Source: Calcarisporiella thermophila CBS 279.70
Lineage: Eukaryota > Fungi > Calcarisporiellomycota
Length of the DNA: 64,000 nt
Direction: 5' to 3'
Assembly (NCBI RefSeq): GCF_041956535.1
Contig: NW_027192195.1
Location: 1,186,653 to 1,250,652, forward strand
Part shown: positions 60,512 through 64,000 of the stretch, piece after piece
Position numbering within the stretch: the first letter of the stretch is position 1
How the letters are laid out: each line of letters begins with the position of its first letter
Notes under the pieces: generated by a model
Seen by the model: only the letters and a program-made list of their open reading frames with translations
What the model was told of the DNA's origin: nothing
The model's database searches: none
Program-made: the position numbers and the translations under genes

Positions 60512-62400
60512 TTATGCCGACGTGAAATATTTCAAGTACTGATCCATATGATCCATTGTAATCCCGAACCTGGAGATGACTTCCCGGAAACGGGTATAGT
60601 TACCCTGTTGCCCACCCAGCTGCGAGTTTAGAAGTGGGATGGCCGTTGATAATCTAAAACAAAGCAAGAGAGATTAGGGATCGTTGGGGAGGGGTATGGG
60701 TAGAGTTTGAACATACGCTCTAAGAAAAATCAAACAGAGCAGCGCACTATCCGTGGGATTAGGGTTTGCAGTTTCAGATGACAAATTCAGGGTTTGCATC
60801 AGTTGAATAAGATCGTTTTCGACCCGAGCGCTTATCCCCAGTTGCGCACGAATACTGGTCGAGTACGCAGTCATGATATTTTCGCTGAATCGAGCACTCT
60901 GACGGTATTTGATTTCAAGATTGGCCTGTTCGCTTGCTTTGATCTTTGCACCTGTCTCAGTACCAGAGGATATACAAGAGATGAATACACGCGTATGTTG
61001 CGTGATTATTCGATCCAGCATCATCCAAATTCGTGCGAATACTGACATGATCATGAGGGGCTTTGAAGAAGGCTTGCGTTGGCTGGGAGATATGGTCGAG
61101 AGGGTAGCAGACGAAGTTGGATTTAGCATGCCTCGCTCTCGTTTTGCGGTATTTTTATTTACTCTCCTATCTTTATTCTCTCTACCGGTCTGACTCTCAC
61201 GCTGGCCATCAATATTTCCTCTACTATCTTCGGGGGATGAATCACTTTCGCCCATTCGAATCAGGAAATACATCTTTTCAAACGCATCCGCCACCACTTC
61301 CTCCTGATTCCCGGTATCTATCTCCCGGTCCTCCAACATTTTGCGCTCCAGCTCAGTTTTTTCTTTTGCCTCTTCTCTTCTAGATCCCTTAGATGCTTTT
61401 TGAGATTCTTGGGGGATATGAACCTGATAACCTTCTACTGCGTTATATGCTTGTTCTTTGTAGGTAGTGGGTTTCGGGGCAATCGGTTGCGAATCGGTGG
61501 GTTTTTCGTGTATAGTGATGTCAATATTAGCAGAAGGAAGAGTTTTTAAAAGTCCTTGCACGAAATCTTGAAATAGGTCTTGTCCAAGAGGAATAGAATG
61601 CTGTTTAAACATGTCTTTGGAGGCATTGATATCCACGTTGAGGGGCACAACTTCAACCGGAGGTAACCTAAAATAAATTGGAAAAGGAATTGATGTTAAG
61701 CAAAATATTTCATTACAAACTTGATAGAAGTTTACTTGTCAAAGGCGCGTATGTAGACAGGATCCTCAGTCAGCTGCATTTTAAAGAATCGCGATGCAGC
61801 TAAACACCGACTGGAGCAGTAAGATTTAAGCTCTCTAACGTCTAGGATCTTGCGTTTTTCCTTTGAAATTACATAATGCTCTCCAATTGTTTTTATGTGC
61901 TATCAATATCATTGTGGAGAATGAATGAGTTGGGAAACCAAAAAAAATGAGATTATCTTGTATTACTCGAGGAGGATCAGAACACAGCGGATATCCACAC
62001 AGATCGTTAACATTGCGCTCTTCCACTATCTCTTGATATAGTCCAGGCTGCAAGTATTTCCCCTTTAAAAGATATGGACAATTGAATTAATAATTCAGAA
62101 ATGATCACTATTGCTATTAACCAATTCGATCTAATAACCTACCCCTTCAGCTAATAGCTCCATTTCTACTCCAGGCTCTGAGAGTGCCTCTTGCCATTCG
62201 AGGATTTTACTTTCAAATCTTAAACGGAGCTCAATGTCTTTTTTGAGCAGCACCTTTCGGAGAGCCGACTGATCTTGTCTGCTTTTTGTACCTCCCTTGG
62301 AGCGGGGTGGCCGCTGTTTATTAGCTCCAAGAGGAGCAAAGGGTGCGGCATAGATTGGCTTTTCTTTTTCGCCCGGATTTCTGTCTTGTGAAGTCGCCAT
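60512..62400 (-). CDS. RPAP2/Rtr1 RNA polymerase II CTD phosphatase-like (multi-exon)
   Basis: YQEIVEERNVNDLCGYPLC and YCSSRC..AS.FF..QL zinc motif. The last exon to the stop at 60512 is inferred from splice phase. Confidence 0.85.
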
Positions 62401-62506
62401 TAAATTATATTTGGTAGGTTATGTCGATTTCTTAATGGGAAATTCCTTCTTGGCTATTTCAAATTGGAGAGTGGCTTGGAAATTGAATATATTTTAAAAC
62501 AGAATA

Positions 62507-64000
62507 TTATCCCAGCATGATCTTGTATCTTTCCCGTGTTGGCACTCTATTCATGACAACTCGCCCGTCGTAAGATAGTGAAGCAAACATCCAAATATCT
62601 GAACAGCTCCATGCAACTGCATACACTGAGTCCTCGTGTTGGTCGAAAGTCGCGACGAGACCGTCAGCAGGTTTTCTAATTTGTACTTGTCAATAGAGAG
62701 TCTATTGGAATGGCGAAAGCTACACTCACTCAAGCTCTTCAGCTTCATAATCGTTGGTATTATCTGCATATGCAGCAGAAGAAATTGTTACTACGCTGTT
62801 GAGATGTACCAAGTTATCTGAGCTCGAAGTCAGTACTAGCTGGTCGTGGGTCTTGTTATATGCAACCGACCAAATCCTTTATGTAATGGGGTTATTAAAC
62901 AAAAGGAGCCTTCAGTTGGAATAATACAAAATATTTACCAGTGGGTATGTTCCGATAGTTCTTTCAAGGGTTCACGTGAATTCCTCACATCCCAGAAGCG
63001 TGCCTTGCAGTCATCTCCACCGGTTACAAGATTATGTGGCATGCAGGGATTGTAATCAATAGCTCGGACCATTACAGCATGAGCATTTTCAATATTAAAT
63101 GTCTGCCTAATATAACAAATTCATTTAAATTGTCAGTCTATAATAAGGGAAAAGGCGGCAGATAAGAAGAAATTAAAAGCTCACTTTGTAGATCTCAAAT
63201 CCCATCCAGAAACTACACATCCATGACCTAATACGACCTCAGGCTGATGCGGATTCCAAACTGCGCTTACATGATCAAATCCAGGCTTTGTATCTGGTAG
63301 AGTTATCTTGGATATACTCTGGGAGTTGTGTGTAAGTAGATGGACTATTTCATATAAACACGTTATTTTTTACACACTTTTGCAGAAGAGTAGTTTTCCT
63401 GGAGGCTCCAATGTTGAATCGAGCTATCATGAACTGTAATAATAGAGTGCGCATCGTTTGGGCACCATAGCACTCTGTATAAATAATAAATATAATTAAA
63501 TCCTCTGGATTTATCCATTCCGAATGTACAGCTTACTTGTTTACATTCCACTGCCCCAATGGTTCTTCAGGAGTCAGTGTTAACACATCTTCTAATACCA
63601 TAAATCTTTTTCTTGAACGGGTCTCGTTTTCACCATTTTCCGGTCCAATTGCATCTTTGCCCATCTGCCATAACTTTGCACGTCGGCGTGAGAATCCATC
63701 CATACCAACTATATGAACAAGTGAATATCTCGAAAAACAAGTTATAATTTTCTGAAAGTTACCTTCGTTATAACACGTAAACAATAATTCTGCCTTGCTT
63801 GGACATGCCGCAATATCCCATACTTCGTGCGGATGACGAAACACCGAAGAGGTGAATTCGAACTCGTCGTCATCGAGTTCCAGTAGATGAATCTCCAAAG
63901 TGCATTTTAAGTAAGTAGGAGAGGTAATTCAAGCTTGTTCAGATGGTATTTACCTCATTCTCTCGTCTTGGACTTAGGGTGCCTACAAGAAATTTATTTC
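62507..64000 (-). CDS. EIPR1/TSSC1-like WD40 protein, 5' part outside the window
   Basis: Motifs [43 protein letters not shown]; C-terminus SYDGRVV.NRVP..ERYKIML. Confidence 0.85.

Overview
Gene-dense, intron-rich eukaryotic DNA, most consistent with an early-diverging (non-Dikarya, Mucoromycota-like) fungus: short spliceosomal introns, fungal PPZ, Kar9 and Tbf1/TRF-type genes, plus a cobalamin adenosyltransferase. About 20 conserved genes are recognisable: RRP6, TRF/Tbf1-like, Maf, MMAB, an ABCB/MDR transporter, PPZ, ATG4, ISA1, NudC, an F-BAR RhoGAP, BET1, RPN3, TMEM19, Kar9-GAR, TM9SF3, BLOS2, ORC1, KGD1, 14-3-3, RPAP2/Rtr1 and a partial EIPR1. RNA features are two tRNA-Ala(CGC) genes, a 3'-truncated 5S rRNA copy and a tRNA-like element. 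There are two accessory islands: about 14.1-22 kb (LINE relics, inverted Ty3/gypsy 5' halves, MITE, hairpin), starting just upstream of a tRNA gene, and about 39.7-44.4 kb (decayed NLR-like NB-ARC-TPR-ankyrin locus plus a Tc1 relic). Main leads: (1) a telomere-like (GGTTTGGACTA)5 array about 110 bp upstream of the telomere-binding-protein gene, suggesting autoregulation and possibly an unusual telomere repeat; (2) insertions about 70-80 bp upstream of both tRNA-Ala genes, one a LINE with a clean 17-18 bp target-site duplication, suggesting tRNA-gene-targeted retrotransposition; (3) a +1 frameshift separating ATG4 from a LIR-containing tail. Exon boundaries and coordinates were read by eye; no database searches were run.
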